Shown: positions 1 to 13,197, numbered from the stretch's first letter. The stretch is 64,000 nucleotides of DNA from Phallusia mammillata (GCA_965637545.1 OZ281494.1:2232001-2296000), one strand, 5' to 3'. Notes: generated by a model from the letters alone, not told the origin. Numbers and translations: made by a program.

Positions 1-49
1 AAATGTTTGTATCACAAAAAAGAGTTTCAAGATTGTAACAAACTAGTGT

Positions 50-1537
50 CCCAAGATTTGTTACACCCTCAAAACCCCGCTGGGCCGGCAAAAATCGTTG
101 CATCACGTTGCGCTTAATTGTGCTGGCGACAAGAAAACATGACCTGTTGTTGGCTCTCAAATTGGAACATAAACTAGATTTTGGCAGGTCCACTAGCAAA
201 ATAGAAACATGGTAATAGTGTTAGTGTTGCAGCTGCATAATACATTTAATAGGAAGCCATTGACTTCAACAAACCACCTTAACCGCAACTGAGTAAACCC
301 GCTTTCCCTCGCCGGTAGTTATTAATCATTACTGATCAGCTGTTGATGTTGAGACAGGATGTACGTGCAATAGCTGCTTTCTCTCATGTATCAAGCTAAG
401 GTATAAATAGTTAAAATTCTTTGGGCATACATGACTTTGATGCTGTTTAAAACACTTAGCAAGCAGCGTCACTAAAAAGTGTGCTGTCACTTACCTTCCT
501 ACTAATTCCCGGCGGCGGGCAAGTCCATATGCTAGTTTTTTTGCGCAGAAATTTATGTGATCTATGATACAATAAACGCATTTGATCTGGATTCAGGTCA
601 CATTATTCATACTTTAATTTTGTGCCGTCGCTTCTAAACCTTGCAAAATTGAAAAATAACTTTGCAAATTACTTTTGTTGACGTTTTCACACAACACAAG
701 CGTTTGCTGCCTTACCTCGGCATCTTTGCCACGAACATCAAGAACAATATTTTGTCTGGTACTCAGTTGTGCAGGAATGTAAAAAACAAACAAAAGAGTT
801 CTTTGTGACACAACGTATCTGCCAACTGTTCAATAACAGAAAATAAAACCGTATTGGAAGGGTGAACTATTTTGATTACTTGTCGCTTGGTTGCTCTACT
901 TTGGACTCTTATTAACAGCTTTCTTCTAATCGAGGCAGTTATTTGTGGAAACGCGATAAGAAGGCAGGATATTTGTGATGTCTCTTCCCAACTTTCTACC
1001 CGTATTTAGTGGGAAATTGCCGAATCTGTCATTCAGAGGTAAAACCGTGGTTGCTGTGATGTATAAAGAAAAATTCTGACCAAAAGCTTTAAACCTGTCT
1101 GCTAAACTAACAGTAGAGGAATATAATTGTGATTGTAAATGCGGTATTCAATCAGGAAAAGCCCATCTTCAAGACTAATATACTTTTTACGTGATCTAGA
1201 CAAAACTAGTGTTTTCTGAAAGAGCACACAAGACAGTTGGAAGTATAAGTAACTTGCGAACATACAGGAGCACTGATAAACCCGAGAAAAGATTAAACGC
1301 AAATTACGGGATTTTATCAGAGTTTTTCGACAAAAATCATTTCGTTGGCAATAATTGATCAATTAAACAACTTTACCTGCTATGTGTTGCAAATTGGTTA
1401 GAGTATTCTCCACAAGCTTGATTGATTTGACGGCAATAACATTTGGTCAGCGACTTCCTCCCGCTCGTGCCAAGCATTAGATGGTTTAGTATATTGTTGT
1501 GGCTCACAATCGGGACAGTTTGTAAAGTTTGTAAAGC
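50..1537. repeat. Inverted, diverged copy of the upstream spacer that precedes every LDLa-GPCR gene
   Basis: The reverse complement of 1440-1530 matches 23190-23300 and 16800-16900 (acaaactg..cccgat.gtgagccacaacaat.tactaaac.atctaatgcttggca). 280-400 matches 24090-24170 and 60-220 matches 24230-24390. Matched by eye. Confidence 0.8.
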
Positions 1538-2335
1538 GACTTCGGCTTTAACCATGACATTGATATCTGCTTATAGACTTGTATCTGTCTACAAACTATT
1601 TCTCACTATATTACTGGGGCCTAAATGGACTATTTTGGGGTGTTTTGTTACTTGGTGTGTTTCTTTGTTCATTGCCATTATTCCAATCCTTAATTTTTCC
1701 TCTGGTTAGTTTGTGACAACAATCTGGTTTCCTAATTTCGTTCACAAACGTGATTTTGTTTCTTTTGAAGCTGCAATGCTTTTGGCACAACAAATGTCAC
1801 CCACCAACAGCACCGTGTTATCATGACACGACGCTAAACGAGTCATCGACATCAACATGTCCGTGCAATTAATCAAAGGAGAGTTTGGTTACTACGCCAA
1901 AACCAGCGTGTGTTTGCCAAGACTGTTTTCTTCAAGTGGCAATTCAGCTTGGGGATACTCACTGTTTGTAATCACAGTAGATTTTGTCTTGTTTATTTTA
2001 TGGTTGTCGCTTATGTCCTCATTTATCGACGCAGCAATCGCATGGCTGAGGCAAGAAACAATGATACCAGTGCCAAAATGCAGAAACGAATATCCAGATT
2101 GCTTTTGACGGATTTTTGTTGCTGGATTCCGATTTGCATACTAAGTTATGTTTCGCTGGGTGGTGTAGTAATGTCAGATATCGTTTATGTGCTTGCAGCT
2201 GCGGTTTTGCTTCCGATCAACAGCGCCCTCAACCCGTTGCTTTATTCTTCTGTGATTGACAGCGCTTTGGAGAAATGTAAGAAAGCTGGTGTTGCTTCTG
2301 TGCGCCGGACGAATACCGAACTAGTTACTATGTAA
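1538..2335 (+). pseudogene. 5'-deleted LDLa-GPCR pseudogene (end of TM3 to C-terminus only)
   Basis: Reads TSALTMTLISAYRLVSVY...TDFCCWIPI...LPINSALNPLLYS...TELVTM*. In-frame stops at ~1707 (TAG) and ~1824 (TGG>TGA) and a frameshift near 1990. Fused directly to upstream spacer with no signal exon or ectodomain. Confidence 0.92.
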
Positions 2336-3159
2336 TCTTGTTTGCTCTATTTTTATGCGGAGAACCGTTGTTTTCGTGTATTTTGACAACAAAAAGATCT
2401 TCTGTACATAATAGGCCCATTATTTTAGGCGGATCGGAACAGTGGTATATATTAGTATCTCCCAACATTTAACAATCTATTTTTTTCTGCCTAATGCATT
2501 TTGTGTGTCTCTGATTTTTAATTTAGCGTAGGTTATGATCTTGCTCGCCGACATTTGCTTAGCTTTATTTTAATACATATCTAAATTCATAATAAACCAA
2601 AGAATGAATATATTTCCAAACAGACATGTGACAGAACCAGCTTATGATATTTGTTTTAAATACAAAACACCCCACTATTGCTATTGCCTTTTAAAACTTT
2701 CCACATTTAGATTTGGGCTTAACAGAAAGTGATGTGTTCTTTATGAAGTTTGTAAACGCAGTTGTGGGGAAAATTTGACATTGACAGTGATTTTTTGCAA
2801 CAAAATGTCAGAGAGATTAACAAAAACAATGCTTAGAATGAAAACAAAACTTCCAAACATCAGATACATATGAGGTTTGTCATAAAATGTTTAAATATTG
2901 TACATAAAGTTCAAATCATGAACTGACATTTAGATGCTTTTAAGCCTTTCAGTTTTCATAAACAGTCGGTTCCACTCCGGGACGAAAGTTGCTTGAAAAG
3001 TTGATGTAACTTGTTCGTTCGCCTTCCAGCTCATATAAGTGAGGTAAAGATATTGCTGGAACAATACGACTGAGTATTTTTATATCAGTTTGATAAATTA
3101 TTTTTATCTCTTATTTTGATGCAATACATTATACAAGACATAGCTTGTGTAAGTTCTTG

Positions 3160-6100
3160 TCAAGAGTACTTCGGTTTCCGCAATTTCGGGGCACTTTTAT
3201 TAGACTGGGCTACATAAGGTTTGCAACAGTTTAAATATTACATAAAGAAACATATTTGGAAAGTCATGGAACAAAATTGTGAAAACTATTCGAGTTGTAT
3301 GTTTTATTTCAGAATCGTTTTTTAATATGACTTAACCGGTAAACGACTTCGCTTACTTATACATTTATATTCAAGTTCGTAACTTTATCTACAAGACTAA
3401 GTCGTTTTATTTTCAAATGTAATGTTACACTTTTACTTTCCAAACATTACAACTTTTTCATGTGTTAATTTGTCAACTTAAATCAAGTCACCTGAAATGG
3501 TTTTTGGAAGCCCGGAAACCGTTCCATCTATTTCAACTGGTTGCTCTTTCGATCTGCCATAAATGTCGTTAAAAGACTGTTTTATTATTCGCACTACGTA
3601 GGTTGGTATAAAATGATAAACCAAAGAACAGTCGCTTGTTTTTGCCAACCTTTGTTTCGTGCAGCAGCAAACGAAAACAATCACCAGTAACGTCACAATC
3701 AAAATAAATCCTGCCGCACTTCCGGATATAATCCCAATTAAAGTTCCCATGGGAAGACTTCCTGCAAATGTACAACTGCATTAAACTTTTTTTCACATAT
3801 AATGAACTACTTTTTTATCATGTTGTTTAACTTCCATAGTAGACCTTACCTGATGAGCAATTGGCAGAGGAATTCGTTAACGTTGTGAAAACTATTTTGG
3901 AAGTTGCGTTTGTAGAAAAATTGCTGTTGAGTAAAACTGTTAACTGCAATCAAAACACAATATTGATTAAATATTTTAACAGCTGGAATCCACATTCTGT
4001 TAAAGAAACTAACGTAAAAGGTTTTAGGAAGGCAAAACTGCAAAATTACTGTAATGCAGGTTTAACTTAGCGTCAAGGTACTATGGACTAACAAAATACT
4101 CTTTGAAAACTCAAATTATAAAGTGAGTCTGGTTTATAGTGTTCTGAAAATTACTACTTTTTTAGTTTGTACCTGATAACTTCGCACAAATTGAAACATA
4201 TACCAGATGCAGCACACTACTTTCTTGCAACAAACCTCTGCGCTGTAGTTTGTGGAGGGTTGTAGATTTAGTATTCCGGCAGATTGTTCAGAGTACAGTG
4301 TTGTGATGCTTTTGTTGTGGGAAGTTTCAACTAAAACCTTAACAAATCACATAGGAAAATGTGAAAGAATAATTGATAAGAAAGTAGAAATAATTAATGA
4401 TAATTGATGAGAGTAATTAGCAGTGCTTCCTTAATCAGAATCTGTCAATAATAGTGTTAAACGAAACATGTGCTTGACCTTATGTAATCCGTTTACTAGC
4501 AAGCAATGTTTTTTCCCCAAAAACAGTTATAAATTGTAATATCATAAAAATACGGATAAAAATAAATTAAAACCAGAATTTTGACGCTTTGCAGAACGTA
4601 ATATTCTTTTAAAGTTACAAATAAAAACAAAACAATATTAGAATTAAATGTATGTCCTGTGAATAAAAAAAATAGATCAACTAGTGGATTTGCGTTTTTT
4701 TTTAAACACCACCTGTGGATTCAGAGAATGAATTCCGAGTAACTGATCCAGGCCAGACCAATGTATAGATGTCGTAGTTGGGTCGCATGGATTTGGCGTG
4801 GTCCAAGCTGTAACTGATAGTAAATAGCGCCAGTAACTCCACCGTGTCAGCACCGTAGTTTTCACAAACAAAAAAAAAAAGTAGAAAAGAAACAAAATTA
4901 ATTCCCACCTGAAAAGCAACTCGCAGGGAGATTCCCCAATGACGTAAACTGGATCGATGACGTAACGTTTCTAGGTGGACAGCTGTCAATCAACACCGTA
5001 ACCTGTTGGAATTAAAAACAAAGTCTAAGGAGCTTTCAGGAAACGTGCCACAATAAAGGAAGGAAGCAGTTGGCAACTTATAAACCTGAAACCGCTATGT
5101 AGGACTTAGTAGCACATGTTAAGGCGCTGCAGTGAAAATACAACTACATTTTCAGATCTTGGTTTCAGACACCCCACCTATGGTTGCTAAATTAAAGAAA
5201 AGAAGTTGCAATATTCAACTTTAAAATCAAAGTTCTACTCGATCCTTGCAAGGTTGTACTACTGTGCTAATTATACCCGGAAATAAAACACTGATTTTAG
5301 TCATCGCAAAGCCACAAACCTTTGCACTGTAGGTCACCAACGAAGTGAGGTTTAAAATATTGGCTTTGAGATCCGAATACTTTGCTTTGATGATTTGTCC
5401 GTGAGAAGTCTCTATCAAAACCTTAACAAAAACATGCTCAGCTGTGTCACATTAAATGCAATATTACGTGCTTTTACCTTCGGGTTTAGCGAGTATGCGT
5501 TGATGAGTTGAGAAAGACCAGACCACGTGATTGACGTCATGCTCGGATCACAATTGTACGACGTCACCTTTGTAGTAACTAGCTTATCAAAGAAAGAAAC
5601 CATTAGCATACAAATCTGTATGCAAATTGTAATTATGAAAACAAACTTGCTTTATACTATGAGTTTGTGGAGGAAGCAGTGGCTTACACGAAGTTTACTT
5701 AATTGAAATAAGGCCACATAAAAACTTGTCATATTTTGCAGAACATTGGGTGCAACCAGGAAGTCAAACCGGAACTGAACCTGGACCCATATGGCAAGCG
5801 GTTCGACTCTCTGGGTGCAGTATCACAAAACATACAAGTTTCGTATTTCAAAACGTCGTTGTAAAGCGTTTTGTGACTATGAGCTCAAACGAAAGTGTTC
5901 ATTTGTCGCATTGTGGGGAATCAATACTTTCGACGATGAATTCTAGAAATTAACCAACTGTGAAAACCTAGGCCCAAAACGAACTAAGCCCTGTCGGCTT
6001 GGCTGAATGTCGTATACATACTCACGTTTTATTTGGCAGACATAATTCGCGGCGTTTTCACTGCCAGTACAATTCCTGTTAGTTTGCTTCCAGCCATTCC

Positions 6101-8922
6101 CATAATGCAACGCTCTCTGTTGACACGTGGTCAAGTTAGTTGTCGGAAAATCAGCTGCTGACCCATCACTCCAAAACCATGCTTTCCGCGTTACGCTAAA
6201 CCGAGCTCCAACGAATACGGTTATATCTGTAACGGTAGTAAAATTTTCTTTGCACTTTATGATTAAAGAAAAATATACGAAATTTTTGATGACTGTACAA
6301 TGAATGATTTTGTAAAACACATGTGTTAGTAAGCCCAATGTAAATAATTGAATGCTTGACTTTTTAGTTTTACCCACCCATAACTAAAGTTAGCTACAAG
6401 TATGGTTGACCTACTACCCAGTTTTCAATTCGATACCAATAACAGATATTTTAAACAAAAAGTTCTTCGATCCGATCACAAATTATTAAATCATTTTTGT
6501 CAACAAATTCCTTGGAAAACATTTAAAGAATACTAGTCACTTTTAGACGTTGTGTGCAGGTTTACATTAACCATTTCGAAGCAGTGTGATGTCCGTTTGT
6601 AAATCACTATAGTGCTGGCCTAAACTTGACTTAATTGTGACCTCAGTGGAGGCTATGCTATATTTGACAAACGAATCGATTTACTTTCAGTTTTAAGCGT
6701 ACAATTTTATCTGCACGCTACCAAAACACCCAAAAACTTGATCGTCGTAATACTGGTGATTTTCGGCACGTCCTATGTTTTCTCAATAACGAAAAACAAA
6801 CGTTCTAACCAAGAGAATAAGTAGTGATGTACTGGCGACTAACAAAAAAGTCTGTACCAAGATTCTAGCAAAATATTGTGGCAGAAACGAGGGACCAACC
6901 CATGTTTTCCTCGTTGATATTGGCGTTTACGGCAACAGAGCCGAAGTATCGGAAGAGTACGGATACAGGGTATTGGGTATCGACGCCCGAATATCCTAAT
7001 ACACATTTTAGCAAGGAATATAGCTGAAAATCGTCTTTTAACCATAAGCATGCCTTACTGGGAACGTAGATCACTCCATCCTGTCGTTTATGCGGGTTTG
7101 CTGTGGTTTGTAGCGAGGAATAAATATCAAAACTTTGCTCGACGTTAATTGTCCTCCAAGTTTTTATGGGATTACGTGCAGCGTAAAGTGAAAACCTAAG
7201 TTTGAGTTCTACAACAAAAACAAATTGAAAGTGAAAGACAAAATGGTTTACACAAAAATGATCTATACAAAATTAATAATTATCTATATGTATCAAAGTC
7301 TTAGGCATTAGTTGTTTGAAAAGAACAATTTACGACAGGTATTTTTAATCACAAAATTTACAGAGAATCCAAGTTTGAAATAAACGATTCATGTTTTTCT
7401 ATGAACATGTTATCGTATCATTGACTTCGTATCAAGGTAAAAAGTGCCAAACTTCGAAATCGAGTTCTGAAACTTAACAAGTGCTCGGTCTTGCCTGGAT
7501 CTTTGGCATCCTCGCAATCTTTTTCAACGGTCACTTTCCATACAACAGAAGTGCCTTTTTGGCAAAAGCTAACTTTGACCAACCAACTTCCTATATCACT
7601 GCAAAAAAATGCAAATTTACTTTCAAGTGTTCTACTTATAGCAACACAACAAAAAAGGAAGCAAAAAACAGAAGGTAGCGTCGATAACGGGGACATCTAA
7701 CTATGGTCGCAAAAATCAAACTGTGTCATAACTTTGACATAAAAAAGTCTCTTTGTTGCTCACATCGTTTTGATTTAACACAATACTTTTTTTCAATTTT
7801 GGCCTTTACATTACAGTTTAATGTTGATCTCGAGACGTTAGGTATTATTTTTGGAGTTTGCCAAAAATGATAGACAAATATACTAAGGTAGTTACAACAA
7901 CCCATAAAGGCTTTGTGAAACGATGTCTTGCTTTAAAATTGGACAAATTATGTAACCATTACAAATTTCGTATTTCTATTTTCCATCGACATTGCGCAAA
8001 GGGTTTTATGTCTCAATTTCAGTTTCACCAAAATTATCGGCAGCATTGAAAGTGCTTGTATGTCTATAGATGACAATGAAAGAAAAAAGTTACGATAAAT
8101 ATCAAGAAAAACTGAACACTTCAAAATATTTTGTCACGAAAACGCTATAAAAGAGCAATACCTTCCTCGCCTGAGCTGCTGTTTTATTTAATGGTTTTGA
8201 TTCATAAAACGGACGCAAAAAATCTGCATTTAAGCAAGTATATCAACGTAAACACGTAATATCCGTACCCAACTTAATCATTGTTATAAATTAGCGAAAA
8301 TTAAAATACCAAACCTGTCAAAAAAGTCGAGATGCCATTTTGGTCGCGTGACGTTGTTTTTGATGAGCACTGAGTTTTTGTTAAAAGAAAACGCAGCAGT
8401 ACCAAACGGAAGATCGTGAATATAAAGTCTTTTCAAATCTAAATTATAGATATAACTTAACTAAAATGAAATTTTGTTAAAAATTACCAATCACAGCTGT
8501 AACCACTAACATAGAAGTTTGCATGTGCAATTGTCAAAAAATGATTCTTTTCATATGTCTGTACGAAAATATGTGGATAAACCTAAAAAAAATTCACGCT
8601 ACAAACTTTGTGTCGACAATTTCGTCAGCACGAATGTTAGAAACTGGGATGTTTGAGCATCTTTGAAATCAGCAAGTCGTCCACCCCGTGATAAGCATTC
8701 TTGTTCTGCTGTATTTGCATCAACAGTATATCTTGAAAATAAATAGACGACATCTTTCAAAGTCACCAGATTTTTGGGGCAATCTGCAAATGGCAGAAAC
8801 AATTCGCCCATGTATTATTTTCGGTCAAGAATTTACACAATGTTAGTAAATAACTTACTGGCAGTTTGGCTTCTGGCGTGGTAGAAGAGTAAAAACAGTA
8901 AAATAGTTTGAAATAGTTTCAT
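3160..8922 (-). CDS. Type I membrane protein: signal peptide, atypical C-type lectin-like domain, two FN3-like repeats, TM, short basic tail (~545 aa, 15 exons)
   Basis: Hand-built exons: 8859-8922, 8607-8783, 8315-8438, 7495-7598, 7059-7208, 6026-6226, 5478-5578, 5320-5421, 4909-5002, 4713-4813, 4236-4337, 3850-3943, 3650-3761, 3492-3553, 3160-3209. All phases match; total 1638 nt = 546 codons. Signal MKLFQTILLFLLFYHARSQTA; CTL motifs AEQECLSRGGRLADF, FVGARF..WFWSDGS, ANYVCQ; FN3-like ILNLQPSTNYSAELTV and ILNLTSLVTYSAKVTV; TM IISGSAAGFILIVTLLVIVFVCCC. One donor is GC. Confidence 0.8.
6710..6999 (+). pseudogene. Possible decayed type II membrane FkbM-like methyltransferase fragment, antisense in an intron
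   Basis: Hydrophobic NLIVVILVIFGTSYVFSI (~6735-6790), then after a frameshift 6811-6999 reads ...HVFLVDIGVYGNRAEVSEEYGYRVLGIDARIS*, resembling a SAM-binding motif I region. Family call from motif memory only. Confidence 0.3.
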
Positions 8923-10586
8923 GGCAAGAATCAGTTCAAGACAAAAAAATAATCTTTTACATCAAAAAACATAGTTTAGTATTAAAAGCAAATTGTGATG
9001 GGTAAATTTTTTGTAATATACTGTTGTAACAAACGACACTTTTACAGGAAAGCAAGCATATTCCGACAGGCTGACATATTTTAGCTTTAGCACACCTGGT
9101 AAATTAACTCAGCTCAAATTATATGCAATGTACATTAGATTCGCCTTCAAGAAATGGCTATTGATTTTACCCTAAGATGTAGATGAAAACAAATACACTG
9201 CCTTATCGGAATACATGTGTTCTTAACTATCACTAAGCAATAAAACTGTAAAGACGTCATACATCTTGTTTGCTTTTTTAATTCCCTACAAACGAGTCAG
9301 ATATTAGCATAACATTAGATGTTTTATTTGCTTTCAAAACGTTAAGATTAACTGCAGCAGTCTTGTTACGATTTTAATAACCAATGCCAAAAAACAACAA
9401 AAACTTAGCCTTACTTATCCGTCCTCTAAAATGTACTACATGTTTTCTCATGCTACGTGATAATTAGATGCTTATTACTTCCCGTGACGAAGTCTTAGAT
9501 ATCGCTTTGTTGTGCGTCATGCTTGAAAGTTCTTGCAAGACAAGAGATATGCAAATTACTTGTTCGTGCACCTTCTCATAGACTGATCACTCAACCACGG
9601 TCTGGTAGATGCGTTTATGTTATCAAACAAGCAGTGTGCTGTGTGTGATGAAACAGATGCAAGTTTTTTGAGATTGACAAAAAATTAGGGAAATAATAGC
9701 TGGTCTCATCAAGGTAGATCACCAAATACAAAACCTTTTTTCAAACAAACAGGGGATATAAAAGAGAAAAATTATTTTGGTTCGAAAGGCTGCACAATTG
9801 CGTCACTTAGTGTTTTGACTTTCCCGCACATACCCTGTGTTTAGTACTAATTAGGCCCTGTAATTGTGACTTATTTTTTATGGTTGTCTTTTAGGTTATT
9901 AAGAATGCTACTTGTTGCAGGTATGTAACCCTGTATTCGTTGCTTTAAGTCTTAGATCTATATTCCTGGACTGAGGTAAAAATGAAACATCAATCAATCG
10001 TTTGTTTGTCGCGTTTACAAGAAGAGAAGTAACACACAAAAAAGAAAGTTGTGTGACAAGTTTTAAAACGCCGAGTGTTTAATCGGCACTAACGGTGTGT
10101 TCTAAGAAACTGCAGGTGTGCTGTTACCGGGGTAATCGATGTGTATTCGCTTAACAACTTGCCACATAGGACGCACAACACGTTAGGTGTGTTGATTTAA
10201 GTCTAGGTGATCCGTTGTAAGTCTAACAGAAATACGAAAGGTTTTGTGGTGGCGCCATCTGACTCATCTAAAGCCACACACCCCTTCGTGTTGCAACTGC
10301 CTTAGTGTTGTTGTCTAGAAATATTTTTTTTAACCAACAAAAAATATCCCAACCTATCGAGATTGAAAATAAACTGCAACGTAGAAAAAAAATGAAGAAA
10401 AGAAACGTATAAAAGCAAAAAAAAGTGTGCAAAAATGAAACTTTTTTGTGTCAAAGTTTCTACCCAGCTAGATTTTTGCAACCATAAGTAGATGTTCTCG
10501 TTATGGACGAGACACTTTGTTTGTTTCTTACTCCTTTGTCGTTTTGCTATGAATGCAACACTATAGAAAGTTTGCTTTGTTTGCAG

Positions 10587-11553
10587 TGATACAGAGCGTT
10601 GGATGGTGAAAGTCTCGTTATGTCAGAAAGGCACTTCTTTGGTGTGGAAAGTGACCGTTGAAAAAGATTGCGACAACACAACAGATCCAGGCATGCTTTT
10701 TTGTACTTTGAAACCAAGTTTATTAACTTGGTTTTGAAATTTAGCAGCTTTTACCGCGACGCGAAATCAACGATACCATAACATGTATGTGGAAAAAACT
10801 TGCACCAATATTGGGTTATTATCTCAAATATCTTTTTTCTTATGCTGTAAATTATCTTTAAATTGTTATGTTTAAAAAATAATTAGGGAAGCAATAATTT
10901 GAAGAACTACACATCGATCATTTTTGTGTAAAACATTCTGTCTTTCACTTTCATTTTGTTGTAGAACTCAAACTTAGGTTTTCACTTTACGCCGCACGTA
11001 ATCCCATAAAAACTTGGAGGACAATTAACGTTGAGCAAAGTTTTGATATTTATTCGTCGCTACAAACCACAACAAACCCGCATAAACGACAGGATGGAAC
11101 TTTCTCTGTTCCCGGTAAGCAAGGATTTTACATATCTTTTTGACTTTGCTAAAAATTGTATTAGAAATTTGGAACGCATTGGGAATAATTTTGAGCCTAC
11201 AAATCCCAAACAGCTGCGTGATGTAGTCTGGCGAATCTAAACATTGCCATTCGTATAACAGGCTTCACTGATGAAAACTCGTAGGCCAAAAAGAGTGTGC
11301 TACTTGTATCTAGGGTTGGCCCGATCATACTTTGTCGATATCCGCATGAAAAGAAGGTTACATGTATATTTATTGGTACATAAAATAAGGAAAATGCAAA
11401 GAAACTAACTTTAATACAATTACAGATATCAACTTATTTGTTGGAGCTCGATTTATTGAGGCACGCAAAGCATGGTTTTGGAGTGATGGGTCAGCAGCTA
11501 ATTTTCCTACAAACAACTTGACCACGTGTCAACAGAGAGCGTTGAACTATGGG
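10587..11553 (+). pseudogene. Inverted, internally deleted paralogue of the CTL/FN3 gene (exons 4-6 only)
   Basis: Exons 10587-10690 (DTERWMVKVSLCQKGTSLVWKVTVEKDC), 10965-11114 (ELKLRFSLYAARNPIKTW...) and 11426-~11553 (INLFVGARF..WFWSDGSAANFP..TTCQQRAL) mirror 7495-7598, 7059-7208 and 6026-6226. The sequence then jumps to the inverse of ~3460. A terminal-exon relic at ~11860-11910 has lost its acceptor AG. Confidence 0.8.
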
Positions 11554-12199
11554 TCTGATAGATTAACACATGAATAAGTTGTATTGAATTATGCAAAAGT
11601 GTAACATTACATTTGAAAATAAAACGACTTAGTCTTGTAGATAAAGTTACGAACTTGAATATAAATGTATAAGTAAGCGAAGTCGTTTACCAGTTGAGTG
11701 AGATTGAAAAAGGATTCTGAAATAAAACATACAACTCGAAAAGTTAATTATAATTTTGTTCCATGACTTTCCAAATGTATTTCTCGAATTAATAAAATGT
11801 AAATTGTTACTGTCAATGAATATGCAAACCTTATTTAACGCTTTTGACAGTTCAATTTTTGCCCAGTCTATCAAATTGTGCTCCGAAATTGTAAAACTAA
11901 AGTACATTTGACAAAAACCTATACAACCTATGCTCTTTATAATGGCATTAAATCAAGAGATATAATTAATTCATAAAATTGAGATAAAAACTACTCAATC
12001 GTATTGTTTCATCAATCATTTTACCTCACTTATATGAGTTGGAAGGCGAACGAACAAGTTGTGTCAACTTTTCAAGCAACTTTCGTCCAGGAGTGGAACC
12101 GACTGTTTATGAATACTGACATGCTTAAAAGCATCTAAATGCTGGTCTATTATTTGATCTTTATGTACAATATTTAAAATTTATGACAAACCTCATATG

Positions 12200-12663
12200 C
12201 ATAGGCGCCGAGTTTTGCAAAAATGCAAGGTGGCGGACTTGAAATATGACGTCATTTTATGTGACGTCACTAATGCGTGCACCACATGAGCTCAAACTCA
12301 AAGCCCAACAAACTTCCTATAGGATGCAACGTTTGTCAAAATCATAAAAAAGAAATTTTTGAAATAGTATTTATTCGGAACACTTTGCTGTGTAACGTTT
12401 ATCATTGGTTTAGCAGCGTTTTAAAAAATGTTTGTCATGTTGTTTTTGCTTTATATCACCTACAATAACCATTTATTACAGCACAATCGAATTTTACACA
12501 ATAATGGCCATACATTCACTGTCAACAATTGTGTGTTTGACCTCATAAACAAGGCACTAATCGAAACAGGTTCGTACGATACCGCTACAAACAAACCAAA
12601 ATATCCACGGTGGCCGCCACTGTGCTTTACAAACCCAAGGTGGCGGCCTACTCGGCGTCTATG
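12200..12663. mobile_element. hAT-type MITE (family 1)
   Basis: TIRs CATAGGCGCCGAG / CTCGGCGTCTATG, perfect 8-bp TSD CTCATATG. Empty site with a single CTCATATG in the inverted paralogous arm at ~2865-2875. Confidence 0.9.
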
Positions 12664-13197
12664 CTCATATGTAACTGATATTTGGAAGTTTTGTTTTCAT
12701 TCTAAGCATTGTTTTTGTTAATCTCTCTGACATTTTGTTGCAAAAAATCACTGTCAATGTTTCTTTTGTCTAATTTGCCACAAAACTGCGTTCACAAACA
12801 TCAAACCAACTTCTACTTAAGCATAAATCTCAATAAGGAAAGCTCAAAAAGGCAATAGCAATAGTCGGGTACAATGTATTTAAAACAAATATCAAAAGCT
12901 ACTTCTGTCACGTGTCTGCTTAGAAATGTATTAATCTTTCGATTTATTATGAGTGAGATATGCATCAAAAAGAAACAAGAATATCGGCGAACAAGATCAT
13001 CTATGCCAATTTACAAACGAAAGATACTTATAATGCACAATGCAGAAAGAAAATAGTATGTTAAATGTTGGGGGATTGTAATATATACCACTGTACCGAT
13101 CCGCATAAAACAATGGGCCTATTATGTGCGGAATATCTTTTTGTTGTCAAAATACACAAAAAACAACGGTCTCCGCATAAAAGTAAAGCAAACGAGA

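Noticed and set aside
6865-7058. 69-aa minus-strand ORF continuing exon 5 of the lectin gene
   Set aside because: A strong gtaagg donor at 7058 is conserved in the paralogue (gtaagc at 11115), and the paralogous continuation is not open. Treated as intron read-through.
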